DNA of 64,000 nucleotides from Candidatus Thorarchaeota archaeon (GTDB lineage: Archaea > Asgardarchaeota > Thorarchaeia > Thorarchaeales > Thorarchaeaceae), in assembly GCA_003345595.1 (NCBI GenBank), contig PRDI01000058.1, positions 23,961 to 87,960 on the forward strand. The letters are read 5' to 3'. The first letter of the stretch is position 1. Every line of letters starts with the position of its first letter. A model generated the notes under the pieces. It did not search any database. It saw only the letters and a program-made list of their open reading frames with translations, and had not been told where the DNA came from. The translations under genes were made by a program, and so were the position numbers. This document shows, in pieces, positions 25,066 to 34,908 of the stretch.

Positions 25066-27642
25066 CTACGGAACAAACGTCACAGTCCTCTCAATCATCG
25101 TGTTCGTTGTGTCTGCCGCGCGAAATGCTTCAGCTGTATTATAGAAATACAAGAGGTTGTAGCCGTACTGCTGAGTTGCTTCGTCAAAAGCATACCACAA
25201 GTCGAAGAGATCGTCCCAGTGAGGACTGAAGAGATTGCCACTCTGTCCTGCTGGAATCACACCATAAGACATCTGAATGTTGCTCAGGTCTGCGACCATC
25301 CTCCATGAAGGTCCGTGTGTCACTCTCCAGCCGCCTGCCGCGTTCAAGGTGTTCTGCCCTCGGTGGGGTCCACCACCGATGTACGTAAAATCGGCAAGAT
25401 GGTCAACGAAGACTCTGTGGTGGACGCCGTAGACCCAATTGGCTGGATCATTGCCGAAGTCTCCAATCATATCATTGAGAGCACGATGAAGAGCCCTGAC
25501 AAGTATTTGATTCCGGGTTTCAACAGTCCCATTTGTCGTGTGGTCATCAAGATAGTATGCATTGTTATCCTTGATGATCTTCTCGATTATGGGTGTTCGA
25601 GACAGCGGAAGCGCGGAGTCAATCGATCTGACCTCATCAAGGATCTCATAGTGAATTGCATCGCGGAGGTACATCCAGAAAGTGGGAGCGACTATGTCGG
25701 TATCCATGACGTAGTCCCAGTCGTCCAACCAGTTCACAGCCTGCTCGATACTGGTGTTGACATCTCCTGCACTAACCCAGGCGTACGTTACATAGGGCAC
25801 GATCTCCTCAGCTCTGACTTCGAGTGAGTCTGCTTGGTACTGCTTCATATCATCGACGGTCACATTGTTGTTGGTTGCTAGGAGGTGGTCGATGCGACGT
25901 CCCCTGTAGCCGTCGTCAAAGGGTCCCAATAGCTTGAATCCGTAGGAACCGAAATCGATCGATTTCTGGTTTGCGGACTGCAAATAGCCCTGTGACGGGT
26001 TCACAGATCGAGGAATCAGGGCATAGGGGATGTTGCTCACCATGCCTATCGAGTCGTTCAGTGCGGTGACCGGGTACTCACCTGTGTATCCCGATCTGAT
26101 AGGGAACCTGCCACACACGGTTATCGCTATGTTGCCCGCGTCATCGGCATAGATTATGTTTTGGGGTGGACTGTCCCACCAGTAGAGCGCATCATAGTAT
26201 CCTTGGAGGTCGTTGGCTCTGTTTAGCTTGCTGATGGCAAGCAACGCAGTGGAAACATCACTTCCCGTCCAGTTCATTGCTATGTTGGACCCTGTGTCGG
26301 AGTCGAGCCCATATGTGTCCACGACAGAATCGATGAGCGGTCCATGAACAGAGATCTTCACATCAAACGGGACATCGGATCCTCCTTTCACTCTGATCGT
26401 TTCGTCCACGACCTGGAATGCTCTGTACTGACCATTGTACATGTACGTGCTCGAGTTAGCGGGATTGAGCTGCTCAACAAACACATCGAGCACATCCGCG
26501 CCAACATTAGTGAAGCCCCAAGCGATATGGGCCGTGTGTCCCAGAATGACTCCTGGTAATCCGGGCAAAGTGACTCCAGTAACGTCTATCTCTCCGGGCA
26601 CGACAATATGAGCCTCGTACCAGAGCGATGGGGCTTGTAGCCCTAGATGCGGGTCATTGGCCAGGATGGGCTCCCCGGTAGCCGACCTCAATCCGCTGAC
26701 CGCCCAGTTGTTGCTGCCCAGCATCTCCTCTTCGAACGGTCTGATGACGTCTTCGATGACTGCCATCAGAGCGTCCAGCTTCTCATTCGGTATGATAGCT
26801 TTGTCAACCATTGTCTGGCTGACTAGACCCTCTGGGTTCGGGGTAGCAGGTTTTCCGCCAGGCGCATCGGGATATGTCGCCAAACTCAGGTTTGTTTGCT
26901 CGGGCACTATCGGCACATCGAAGGGCATGACATCAGGGAAGAGTTCATCATACATTGTGTCGTTGTCAATGGTTTCTCTCACCCACTGGCGATAGAAGTC
27001 CTCGAAGCCACCCGACAAGCCCCACGCCATCATCTCTGACCATATGAAGATGTCCAATCGAGTCCAGTGTACGGGTGTGAACCCGAGGATCTTGAACTCA
27101 ATGGGTGTCATCGCGCTTGACATGGAGTCGATGAATGCGTTTACCCCTTGGACCTCCGCGTCAACCACACTAAGGGAATATGCGATATCAGGATTGGCTT
27201 GGTGAGCTATACACCAGTCGAGGGTATTCTGAGCGGACCTTGCCAGTCCAATAGTACGGTAGAATTTGTCGCTACTGACGCCACGAGAACCGACGATTTC
27301 ACTAATCCGCCCTGAGGCAAGGTAGTTCTGCAACACCATCTGGAACAACCTGTCCTTGGCATGAAGGTACCCCAAGGCCATGTAAGCATCTTCGGCTGTG
27401 TCACCGTATATGTGAGGGATACCCCACTGGTCGATAATCACATCGACCTGCGCCGTGAGACCCGGCAGTTTCACTGTTTGCGCGGCAGGGTTCCTAGCCC
27501 CAAATCCCACATCAAAAATCCCGCCAATAGGCTGTATGATGCCCAGACCACCTGCCAGCGGTCCAATGGGCATGGTCAGAAGCACTATCAATACCGCAGG
27601 ACCGACAAGCGACAGGCAAAAGCTGATGATTCTCTTCTTCAT
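25066..27642 (-). CDS. Penicillin acylase family (Ntn hydrolase), N-terminally anchored
   Basis: DQWGIPHIY, GYLHAKDRLFQM, GSNNWAVSG (catalytic Ser), LANDPHL and GQSGN. Start MKKRII at 27642 with GGTGA RBS. Confidence 0.92.
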   Translation of the reverse strand: MKKRIISFCLSLVGPAVLIVLLTMPIGPLAGGLGIIQPIGGIFDVGFGARNPAAQTVKLPGLTAQVDVIIDQWGIPHIYGDTAEDAYMALGYLHAKDRLFQMVLQNYLASGRISEIVGSRGVSSDKFYRTIGLARSAQNTLDWCIAHQANPDIAYSLSVVDAEVQGVNAFIDSMSSAMTPIEFKILGFTPVHWTRLDIFIWSEMMAWGLSGGFEDFYRQWVRETIDNDTMYDELFPDVMPFDVPIVPEQTNLSLATYPDAPGGKPATPNPEGLVSQTMVDKAIIPNEKLDALMAVIEDVIRPFEEEMLGSNNWAVSGLRSATGEPILANDPHLGLQAPSLWYEAHIVVPGEIDVTGVTLPGLPGVILGHTAHIAWGFTNVGADVLDVFVEQLNPANSSTYMYNGQYRAFQVVDETIRVKGGSDVPFDVKISVHGPLIDSVVDTYGLDSDTGSNIAMNWTGSDVSTALLAISKLNRANDLQGYYDALYWWDSPPQNIIYADDAGNIAITVCGRFPIRSGYTGEYPVTALNDSIGMVSNIPYALIPRSVNPSQGYLQSANQKSIDFGSYGFKLLGPFDDGYRGRRIDHLLATNNNVTVDDMKQYQADSLEVRAEEIVPYVTYAWVSAGDVNTSIEQAVNWLDDWDYVMDTDIVAPTFWMYLRDAIHYEILDEVRSIDSALPLSRTPIIEKIIKDNNAYYLDDHTTNGTVETRNQILVRALHRALNDMIGDFGNDPANWVYGVHHRVFVDHLADFTYIGGGPHRGQNTLNAAGGWRVTHGPSWRMVADLSNIQMSYGVIPAGQSGNLFSPHWDDLFDLWYAFDEATQQYGYNLLYFYNTAEAFRAADTTNTMIERTVTFVP

Positions 27643-27842
27643 GCATCTCACCTTGAGCCCCGAAGTGTGGTCTAGAAGAGTGTGGTTCGCAACTGATAAG
27701 TCTTGGTGAAGGCAAATCTCGGGGGCATGTCCTGTTTTATGCAGAGGTACCCGAATTATCCAGTGCAATGGGCTGGTTCTCCATGTTTGTTGACAAGCTT
27801 TTTCAGTAAGATAGATGGCCGGTAACGAGGTCGTGAATCACC

Positions 27843-28889
27843 ATGGTAAAGACCGACGGATTTAGAGGTAGAGATTTCATAACTCTACGAGAGTACACAA
27901 AGGAAGAAGTCGAAACGATTCTGGAGGTCGCACTAGACCTCAAGAAGAAGTTTGCAGTAGGGGAGCCGCACAAGCTTCTCGACTCAAAGACGCTGTTCAT
28001 GATATTCTATAACCAGAGCCTTCGGACACGCAACTCGTTCGAAGCAGGGATGACGCAGCTCGGAGGACATGCCCACTTCTTGGACCCTGACAAGATATAC
28101 GCTCCAGCGTTGGAGGGTGATGAGAAGGCGTACTCTACCGAGAGAGTGGCCGATGTTGCTAGGGTTCTTTCGAGAATGGGACATGGGATATCGATTCGCT
28201 GCTATGGTGACCCGGTAGGCTGGGTATATGGTCGGGCAAACGAGATAATCAGGAACTTCGCCCATTGGTCCAGCATTCCGGTCATCAACATGGAAGATGA
28301 CAAGTACCATCCATGTCAGGCACTGGCTGACATATTGACTGTCAAGGAGAAGTTCCACACTTTCAAGGGCGTCCGATTCGTGATGTCTTGGGCCTACTCC
28401 CCATCCGTCCACAAACCGCTGGCTGTACCGCAGAGTGCGATAATTGCAGCGACCAAGATGGGCATGGACACAGTGCTGGCTCATCCTAAAGGCATGGAAC
28501 TTGATGACGACATCATCAAGCAATGCAAGGTCTATGCTCAGGAGAACAACAGCAGCTTTGAGATCATGAATGATATGGATGAGGCATTCAAAGGTGCTGA
28601 TGTGGTTTACCCGAAGTCTTGGACATGCAAGCAATTCATACCACCTTTCAACGCCAAGCCAGAGCTTGACAAGGCAAAGCTCGTTTTTGACAAGAACAAG
28701 AGCTGGATTTGCGATGACGCGAAGATGAAGATTGCTGGACCCAAGGCTCTCTACATGCATTGCCTGCCATGTGACCGCGGTTTCGAGGTTGCGAACTCAG
28801 TGATTGATGGCCCTCAATCCATCGTCTGGGATCAGGCCGAGAACAGACTGCATGCACAGAAGGCTGTCATGGCGCTGACCATGCGCTAG
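27843..28889 (+). CDS. Transcarbamylase of the N-acyl-ornithine/YgeW-like (knotted) group
   Basis: SLRTRNSF, HPCQALAD and MHCLP, plus SWAYSPSVHKPLAVPQS and YPKSW in place of the OTC SMG loop. Confidence 0.85.
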   Translation: MVKTDGFRGRDFITLREYTKEEVETILEVALDLKKKFAVGEPHKLLDSKTLFMIFYNQSLRTRNSFEAGMTQLGGHAHFLDPDKIYAPALEGDEKAYSTERVADVARVLSRMGHGISIRCYGDPVGWVYGRANEIIRNFAHWSSIPVINMEDDKYHPCQALADILTVKEKFHTFKGVRFVMSWAYSPSVHKPLAVPQSAIIAATKMGMDTVLAHPKGMELDDDIIKQCKVYAQENNSSFEIMNDMDEAFKGADVVYPKSWTCKQFIPPFNAKPELDKAKLVFDKNKSWICDDAKMKIAGPKALYMHCLPCDRGFEVANSVIDGPQSIVWDQAENRLHAQKAVMALTMR

Positions 28890-28962
28890 AAGCGATAGTC
28901 TTACACAGCATCGGGGTCACGTGCGGCGGCCGGAGTCGACCAATGTCGTGACCTCCGATACA

Positions 28963-28970
28963 CCTTAAAA
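28963..28970 (+). promoter_or_regulatory. Putative TATA box (CCTTAAAA) of the second transcarbamylase gene
   Basis: About 33 bp before ATG 29003, immediately preceded by an inverted repeat (28910-28921 / 28947-28959). Confidence 0.45.
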
Positions 28971-29002
28971 CGCCACGTTCTTCTTCACTTTGCAGTGATT
29001 CT

Positions 29003-30034
29003 ATGAAGAGTCTTTTTGGACGCGACCTAATAACAACGCAGGAATGGAGTGTTGATGAGCTCGAACGAACCTTGGCTCTCGCTTTCGAGTTCAAGGCTCG
29101 CCGCTTCGACCACCCATTAAGGGACTGTCTTGACCGCAGGACGTTCATGATGTTCTTCTTCAATCCTAGCGTAAGAACTCGACAGAGCTTCGAGTGTGCG
29201 GCCACGGAACTTGGCGGGCATGCGCAGTTCCTCGAACCCAAGACGATGAGGCTCAAGACGGAAACGAGTGCAGGCGAAACAGTCCAAGATGCCGCGAATG
29301 TGATGAGTCGCTATGCCTGTGGGATTGGCATCCGGACTCTTGAAACCGCAGTTGACCGCTACGGTGAAGGTGACGATCTTCTCCGGGAGTATGCTAAATG
29401 GGCCAGCGTGCCTGTCATCAGTATGGCGCATGACAAGTTTCACCCTTGTCAGGGATTGGCCGATGTCATGGGCATGAGAATGCACGGAGGCAAGAACCTG
29501 AAGCGCAAGAAACTTCTACAGGTATGGGGAAAGGGAGCTCTGGTAAGATCTTGGTGTTCAGTGCAGGAGAGTATTCTGATCAACACCCGGCTCGGACTTG
29601 ACGTGACCTTGGCTTATCCCGAAGGATACGACTTGGATCCACAAGTCACCAAATGGTGCGAGGACAACGCTGCCGCATCAGGCGGCCGATTCGAAATAGT
29701 TCACGACCTAGAGGAAGGGTACAAGGGAGCTGACTTCGTCTACAGTCGCAACTGGCAGAGTCCCGCTTTCTATGGAGACATGAAGAAAGTGGGTGCCGAC
29801 GCGGCCAAGAAGAAAGAGATCGAGATGGCGGCCAGGTATGATGACTGGATCTGCAGTAGGGAGTGGATGTCGAGAACGAACAACGCGTTCTTCATGCACT
29901 GCGGACCTGTAGACCGCGGGGCAGAGGTTACAGACGAGGTCTGCGATGGACCGCGATCCATAGTGTATGATATAGCAGAGAACCGGCTGCATGTTCAGAA
30001 AGCAATAATGGCCCTGACGATGGCTCGCACCTAG
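29003..30034 (+). CDS. Divergent ornithine-carbamoyltransferase-family protein
   Basis: SVRTRQSF, HPCQGLAD, MHCGP and AENRLHVQKA; paralogous to the upstream gene. Confidence 0.85.
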   Translation: MKSLFGRDLITTQEWSVDELERTLALAFEFKARRFDHPLRDCLDRRTFMMFFFNPSVRTRQSFECAATELGGHAQFLEPKTMRLKTETSAGETVQDAANVMSRYACGIGIRTLETAVDRYGEGDDLLREYAKWASVPVISMAHDKFHPCQGLADVMGMRMHGGKNLKRKKLLQVWGKGALVRSWCSVQESILINTRLGLDVTLAYPEGYDLDPQVTKWCEDNAAASGGRFEIVHDLEEGYKGADFVYSRNWQSPAFYGDMKKVGADAAKKKEIEMAARYDDWICSREWMSRTNNAFFMHCGPVDRGAEVTDEVCDGPRSIVYDIAENRLHVQKAIMALTMART

Positions 30035-30169
30035 CATGGTTAGGACGTCCTTGGAGCCGCAAGGGCTGAGAACCGGTCACGTGGCAAAACACGCGACTGA
30101 TAGTCACAGGGCATTCTAGTCCTGACACCGTGGCGAATCAGGATGACGGGACCTACCGGCCACCACAGG

Positions 30170-30454
30170 CTACCATCCGCCCTCGGTCGTATCAAACATC
30201 TTCAATATGAAGTAAGCAATGACACCTACAATCAATATTACCGCAAAGAATGCAACCACGAATGATGGACCTGATAATTCATTAAACCAGACGAGCGGCC
30301 CAAAGATCTCCCTAAAGTGGACTACACCGGTAAGATCTCCTATCACTATCAGAATGAGAGGCATTCCAACGAGCATTGCTATTGCCATCGCCATGTATCC
30401 TGCTCTTCTGACCCAGGCGCGCTTCGAATCAAGCTGTTGTCCGTCCGCCATCAC
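30170..30454 (-). CDS. Small 2-TM protein, paralog of the C-terminal domain of the upstream gene
   Basis: RAGY, DLTG, F.EIFGP...FNELS and FILK.F...EG.W are shared with 30497..31360. Confidence 0.8.
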   Translation of the reverse strand: MMADGQQLDSKRAWVRRAGYMAMAIAMLVGMPLILIVIGDLTGVVHFREIFGPLVWFNELSGPSFVVAFFAVILIVGVIAYFILKMFDTTEGGW

Positions 30455-30496
30455 GCTCTGCTCCTGAGATGACTATGAGAATCGTCAAGGAATCGT

Positions 30497-31360
30497 CTAC
30501 CAAGTACCTTCTTTCGCGCTAAAAGCTTTGAGGATGAAGAACATCATGGCTGCTGTAAGAATAATGACAGCAAGGAAGCCTGCTAGAAAGGCGTTTGACG
30601 ACAACTCATTGAAGAATACATAAGGACCGAAAATCTCACTGAAGGTATTTGCACCTGTCAGGTCTGCGACCATGACTAGGAAAAATGGTGCCGAAACAAA
30701 CACAAGTGCTGCGATGGAAAGGTACCCTGCACGCTTAAGCCAGAGAGATGTGGAATCGCGCGGCAGGGGTTCCGCCGGCGCAGTAACATGTGTTTGAGCT
30801 ACGGGTTCTGCTGCCTTCGTCCCTCTCTTGAGCAACCTGTCGCGTAACGAGTCGTACCTGCTCCGCCAGTAAACCTTGAATCCAACCTTGCTGATGTCCT
30901 CCGTTCTTCCAAGCAGAACCTTGAGCACAAGGGCTGTAACAATCCCGGCAATCACCGCTGGTGTGAATGCAGCCAAGTTTCCGTAGAAGAGGAGGATGTT
31001 ATATGCCGCAGCTCCTATGCGGAAACCAACTAGGGCGGCAAGCCAGTTGATGCGATTCCCGAAGATGCGAGAGCGAGTATGAAGATAGTAGGATCCCGCA
31101 ATCATGGCAAAAAGCGAGAACGAAACTATATCAATTATGAACCATAGAACCCACCACTCTGTGTTGAGGGCATAACGAACAAGGGGATTGAACTCAAAGG
31201 CTGCACCCAGGTCGTGCCAGAGGAGGACCGTGTAGACAGCATCCACCAGACCAATCGGGGCAAGTGAGAAAACAAGATAACGAACCCATTTCTCTTGCCA
31301 CCAGAGAGAGAACATCACTCTCGGTGTCATCGTGGATAGGTCCTTTTTTCTCTTAGCCAT
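30497..31360 (-). CDS. Multi-pass membrane protein with DUF5658-like N-terminal domain
   Basis: DAVYT...EFNPLVR motif and about 6 TM. Start MAKRKK at 31360 preferred. Confidence 0.7.
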   Translation of the reverse strand: MAKRKKDLSTMTPRVMFSLWWQEKWVRYLVFSLAPIGLVDAVYTVLLWHDLGAAFEFNPLVRYALNTEWWVLWFIIDIVSFSLFAMIAGSYYLHTRSRIFGNRINWLAALVGFRIGAAAYNILLFYGNLAAFTPAVIAGIVTALVLKVLLGRTEDISKVGFKVYWRSRYDSLRDRLLKRGTKAAEPVAQTHVTAPAEPLPRDSTSLWLKRAGYLSIAALVFVSAPFFLVMVADLTGANTFSEIFGPYVFFNELSSNAFLAGFLAVIILTAAMMFFILKAFSAKEGTW

Positions 31361-31547
31361 TTGCACCCTTTTGGCACCCAAATCCCTGTACATCGCTAGT
31401 CGTATAAAAGCTTCCAACTGTGCTGTTCTCAGCTGTGACTGCACGACTGCGCGACCGGCAAGTTGCTAAACTCAAGGTGGGAGAATTCTCTAAGGGTCTA
31501 GTCGCTGTATCAGACATATACAATGTCATTCCGAACCTACCGAGCAA

Positions 31548-31586
31548 CGAAAAAGAAGATTGGGCAGAGGATTGCGTCCTCTGCCT
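31548..31586 (-). terminator. Hairpin plus U-rich tract downstream of oppA
   Basis: GGCAGAGGA/TCCTCTGCC 9-bp stem (31563-31585), followed on the minus strand by ATCTTCTTTTTC, about 20 bp after the stop. Confidence 0.6.
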
Positions 31587-31607
31587 ATACACTAGTTACC
31601 TGTTCCG

Positions 31608-33488
31608 CTACAACGTAAACCCTGTGGGGTAGGCCTTCCACATGTGGTAGAAGTACGGACCCGAGAGCATTGCGTTGTACACGTAACCGTTCATGTAGAC
31701 GGCTTCAACATGGAAGTTCGTAGACTGGTATACCCATATGTAGGCAGCCTGGTCCACGATGGCCTTCTGGATCTTGCCGTAGAGAGTTATGCGGTCGGCT
31801 GGAACCAAGCTCTGAGCAGCGGTATTGATCCAGCCATCGACGAGAGTCGAGTTCCATCCTGCAGAGATGCCAAGACCGATTCTTCCAGCGTAGAGAGACG
31901 TGCTCTTCACGAAGGGAGAAGCGTAGTTGTCCGGATCAGCGTAGTCTGGTGCCCAACCAAGGAAGAAGAATGGTAGCTGCTTGTTGTTGAGCTGGTACAG
32001 ATAGCTGGGCCATGAGAGCGCCTGCACTGTTACGGTGATAGGACTGGCAGGATCAGTTGCCGCGGGATCTGCCAAGATCTTCATGATGCCATCCTTCATG
32101 AGCAAACAGCCTTGCTCACGAACAGTGTTGCCTACGTTGTAGTACAGCTCGATGCTGTAGGACATGTTGGCAAGAATAGCAGGCAAGCCTTCAGTCATGG
32201 CTTGGTTCCATTTCAGTACTGCTTGGTCTATGTCGTACTGATACATGTACAGACTGTCGTTGTGGCCGAACATGCCGGTCGGGATTGGTCCCTGGCACTG
32301 AATGCCAAAGCCGCTTATGATCGTGTCAATGAAGGTTTGGTAGTCAAATGCGTAGGAGAATGACTCCCTCAGAGACTTGATAGTGAATGGGCTCTGCACG
32401 ATGCTGCCAGACTTGTTCAAGGTCGGATTCATGTTGAATCCGATGAACATCACGTTATACCCGGGCTCTCCGCACCATACCTTGAGCTTGCGGTTGAGGG
32501 ATTTCAGAGTGCCGTCGCCGCTGTCACTAGTAACTCCGTTCCAGATGTAGCTGGCGTGGGTTGTCGGCCATAGGCCTACGTCGGTCGAGTTGGCCAACAG
32601 GTTCAGGATTCTGCTGCTGACATCATTGTTCGTCTTGATCACTATGGTGTCGAGTGTGCCCGCCTCCGGGACGTCAGCTATCGCCGCGGTGGCTCTCCAG
32701 TAGTTGCTGACCTTGCTGAGCTGTATCACTTCTTCCGGTACCCAACTAGTGACATTGTACGGACCAGTGCCACAAGTGTGCGTATCGATGTACGTGTTGT
32801 GTGCCCCATAGGCAACTCCACCGTGCTTTGCAACCCATGTCGGGCTCATCTGGGCACCGACAAAGTAGGTAATCGCTGCAAGGAACGGGGCGAACTTGTA
32901 AGCGAGTCTCATCCTGATTACGTAGTTGCTCATAACGATGAGCGAACTAGAGTTCGCTACCCAGTTGTCATATGCTGCTGCGAACTCTGGGCTAGCACCG
33001 CCGTGGTCATAGAGAGCTGCCTCAACATCCCCGCCGCCCAGGATGGGTTCTGCAAACATCCAAACTGGTCCATCGGGGTCAAAGATCTTCATGGCCCTCT
33101 CGAAGTTCCACTTCACGCATGATGCATTGAACGGGGTGCCGTCCTGGAATGTGACTCCCTGCCGTAGGGTAAACGTGTAGTTCAGACCATCGGCTGAGGT
33201 CACATAACTCTCAGCGAGCAGTGGTACAACAGGTTCCGTGTTATCGGTGTGCCATTCATATGTGTACAACGTCTCATAGCAATTGTAGGCTATCCATGAG
33301 CCGAAGGTTTCGTAGTCAACGTGTGGATCCAAGTACTGAGGCGTGCTGATTGTTTCCCAGATGAGTGTACCCTCCCTTGGAGGTGTGGGCGTCACGCCTG
33401 CAGGGCCCTTGGGCCATAGTACGTATGCTCCTGCAGCACCGACTATGACAACCACCACTACGATGGCGAGTATCTGATTCTTGTTCAT
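31608..33488 (-). CDS. oppA: Oligopeptide/dipeptide ABC transporter substrate-binding protein (family 5)
   Basis: N-terminal TM anchor, LDPH, YTFTLRQGVTFQDGTPF, GTGPY and WAPDYADPDNY. Start MNKNQ at 33488. Confidence 0.9.
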   Translation of the reverse strand: MNKNQILAIVVVVVIVGAAGAYVLWPKGPAGVTPTPPREGTLIWETISTPQYLDPHVDYETFGSWIAYNCYETLYTYEWHTDNTEPVVPLLAESYVTSADGLNYTFTLRQGVTFQDGTPFNASCVKWNFERAMKIFDPDGPVWMFAEPILGGGDVEAALYDHGGASPEFAAAYDNWVANSSSLIVMSNYVIRMRLAYKFAPFLAAITYFVGAQMSPTWVAKHGGVAYGAHNTYIDTHTCGTGPYNVTSWVPEEVIQLSKVSNYWRATAAIADVPEAGTLDTIVIKTNNDVSSRILNLLANSTDVGLWPTTHASYIWNGVTSDSGDGTLKSLNRKLKVWCGEPGYNVMFIGFNMNPTLNKSGSIVQSPFTIKSLRESFSYAFDYQTFIDTIISGFGIQCQGPIPTGMFGHNDSLYMYQYDIDQAVLKWNQAMTEGLPAILANMSYSIELYYNVGNTVREQGCLLMKDGIMKILADPAATDPASPITVTVQALSWPSYLYQLNNKQLPFFFLGWAPDYADPDNYASPFVKSTSLYAGRIGLGISAGWNSTLVDGWINTAAQSLVPADRITLYGKIQKAIVDQAAYIWVYQSTNFHVEAVYMNGYVYNAMLSGPYFYHMWKAYPTGFTL

Positions 33489-33831
33489 GTCTTCCTCCTT
33501 CTTTTGTGTTGTGTAGCACAGATGTCCTTGCGGACCAAGTAGGTCGCATGTTGGAACCCTAGGGGTCCCCGGTGAAATATGGACCTCCGTGCTCCAAACA
33601 ACAAGCACCTTTACTCGTCATGCGTCTAATATAGCTTACTACTCCCCAGATGACCAGAATGGCGCACCCTGCAATCTTGCAGGAGTCAAAAGCTATTATA
33701 GATGTGCAAGAGCATGCACATCATAGGCCGGGTTCAACCAAATACTTAAGTATCCTGCAAAACCCGCCTCACTAGCTCACAAAGTCTAGAGATTCGGCCC
33801 CCGGAATCAACAGGTGCCTGAGGTCTAACAG

Positions 33832-34896
33832 ATGAAGCTAAGGGATTTCATCCTGAGGAGAGTTCTACTTGCTATACCAGTTATCTTTGGCGTACTTACG
33901 ATAACTTGGTTCTTGTCTTATGTTGTGGGAGACCCGTTGGCCATGTTCATAACAGAACGGACCAATCCGGCGGCCATCCCCGGAATAATCCAGGATCATG
34001 GGTTTAACGAGCCTCTGGTCATTCAATACTTCCTGTACTTGAGAACCCTGCTGGCTGGCGACTGGGGCGTGAGCTACTCAACGGGTGGTGATCTGCCAGT
34101 TCTTACTGTCATCGCACGCAAGTTTCCGGCTACAATCGAGCTTGCCATTGTCGCCATGGTCTTTGCGGTAATTCTTGGCGTTCCTCTCGGCATACTCTCG
34201 GCCACAAGGAAGGACAAGCCGATTGATCACTTCACGCGAGTCTTCTCCCTAGCTGGCGTTTCAATGCCAATTTTCTGGTTCGCTCTCCTGCTGAAGTATG
34301 TCTTATTCTATCAGTTCTCTGTTTGGGGCCTACCCTACCTACCCTCGGGCGATAGAGTGGACAATGAGTTGTGGAAGACTGTTCTCCATAATGGAGTCGG
34401 CTACGATTTCACCAGCAGCATAACTGGGTTTGTTCTTGTCGATTCCTTGCTGTATGGCCAGCCCATCCTGTTTGGGGATGCCGTGCTGCATCTTATTATG
34501 CCAGGTTTCTGCTTGGGCTATCTGACGCTTGCTATCATCACGAGAATGATGCGTTCAAGTATGCTAGAGGTCATGAAGGAAGACTATATCACGTTAGCAC
34601 GGTCCAAGGGGCTCACCGAACGCATTGTGATATACAGGCACGCTTTGAGAAATGCACTGATTCCGACGGTGACAGTCATTGGCTTGGCATTTGGAGGTCT
34701 TATGTCAGGTGCTGTATTGACGGAAACTATCTTCAACTGGCCTGGTCTGGGCCGATGGGCGACGCAGGCAATTCTAGTTTCAGACATGGCTGCGATCAAC
34801 GGCTTCGTGCTCCTAGTGGCCTTCATCTTCGTAAGCGCGAATCTGATAGTCGACTTGACATATGGAGCGCTTGATCCTCGCATAAGGTACGGATAG
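33832..34896 (+). CDS. oppB: Peptide ABC transporter permease
   Basis: FPATIELA, RSSMLEVMKEDYITLARSKGL (EAA loop), TETIFNWPGLG and DPRIR. Confidence 0.92.
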   Translation: MKLRDFILRRVLLAIPVIFGVLTITWFLSYVVGDPLAMFITERTNPAAIPGIIQDHGFNEPLVIQYFLYLRTLLAGDWGVSYSTGGDLPVLTVIARKFPATIELAIVAMVFAVILGVPLGILSATRKDKPIDHFTRVFSLAGVSMPIFWFALLLKYVLFYQFSVWGLPYLPSGDRVDNELWKTVLHNGVGYDFTSSITGFVLVDSLLYGQPILFGDAVLHLIMPGFCLGYLTLAIITRMMRSSMLEVMKEDYITLARSKGLTERIVIYRHALRNALIPTVTVIGLAFGGLMSGAVLTETIFNWPGLGRWATQAILVSDMAAINGFVLLVAFIFVSANLIVDLTYGALDPRIRYG

Positions 34897-34908
34897 GAGA
34901 AGAGATCG

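Noticed and set aside
27984-28760. 258-aa minus-strand ORF, and similar long antisense ORFs (36814..37425, 37853..38707, 57725..58450)
   Set aside because: They fully overlap well-supported genes on the opposite strand and have no motifs of their own.
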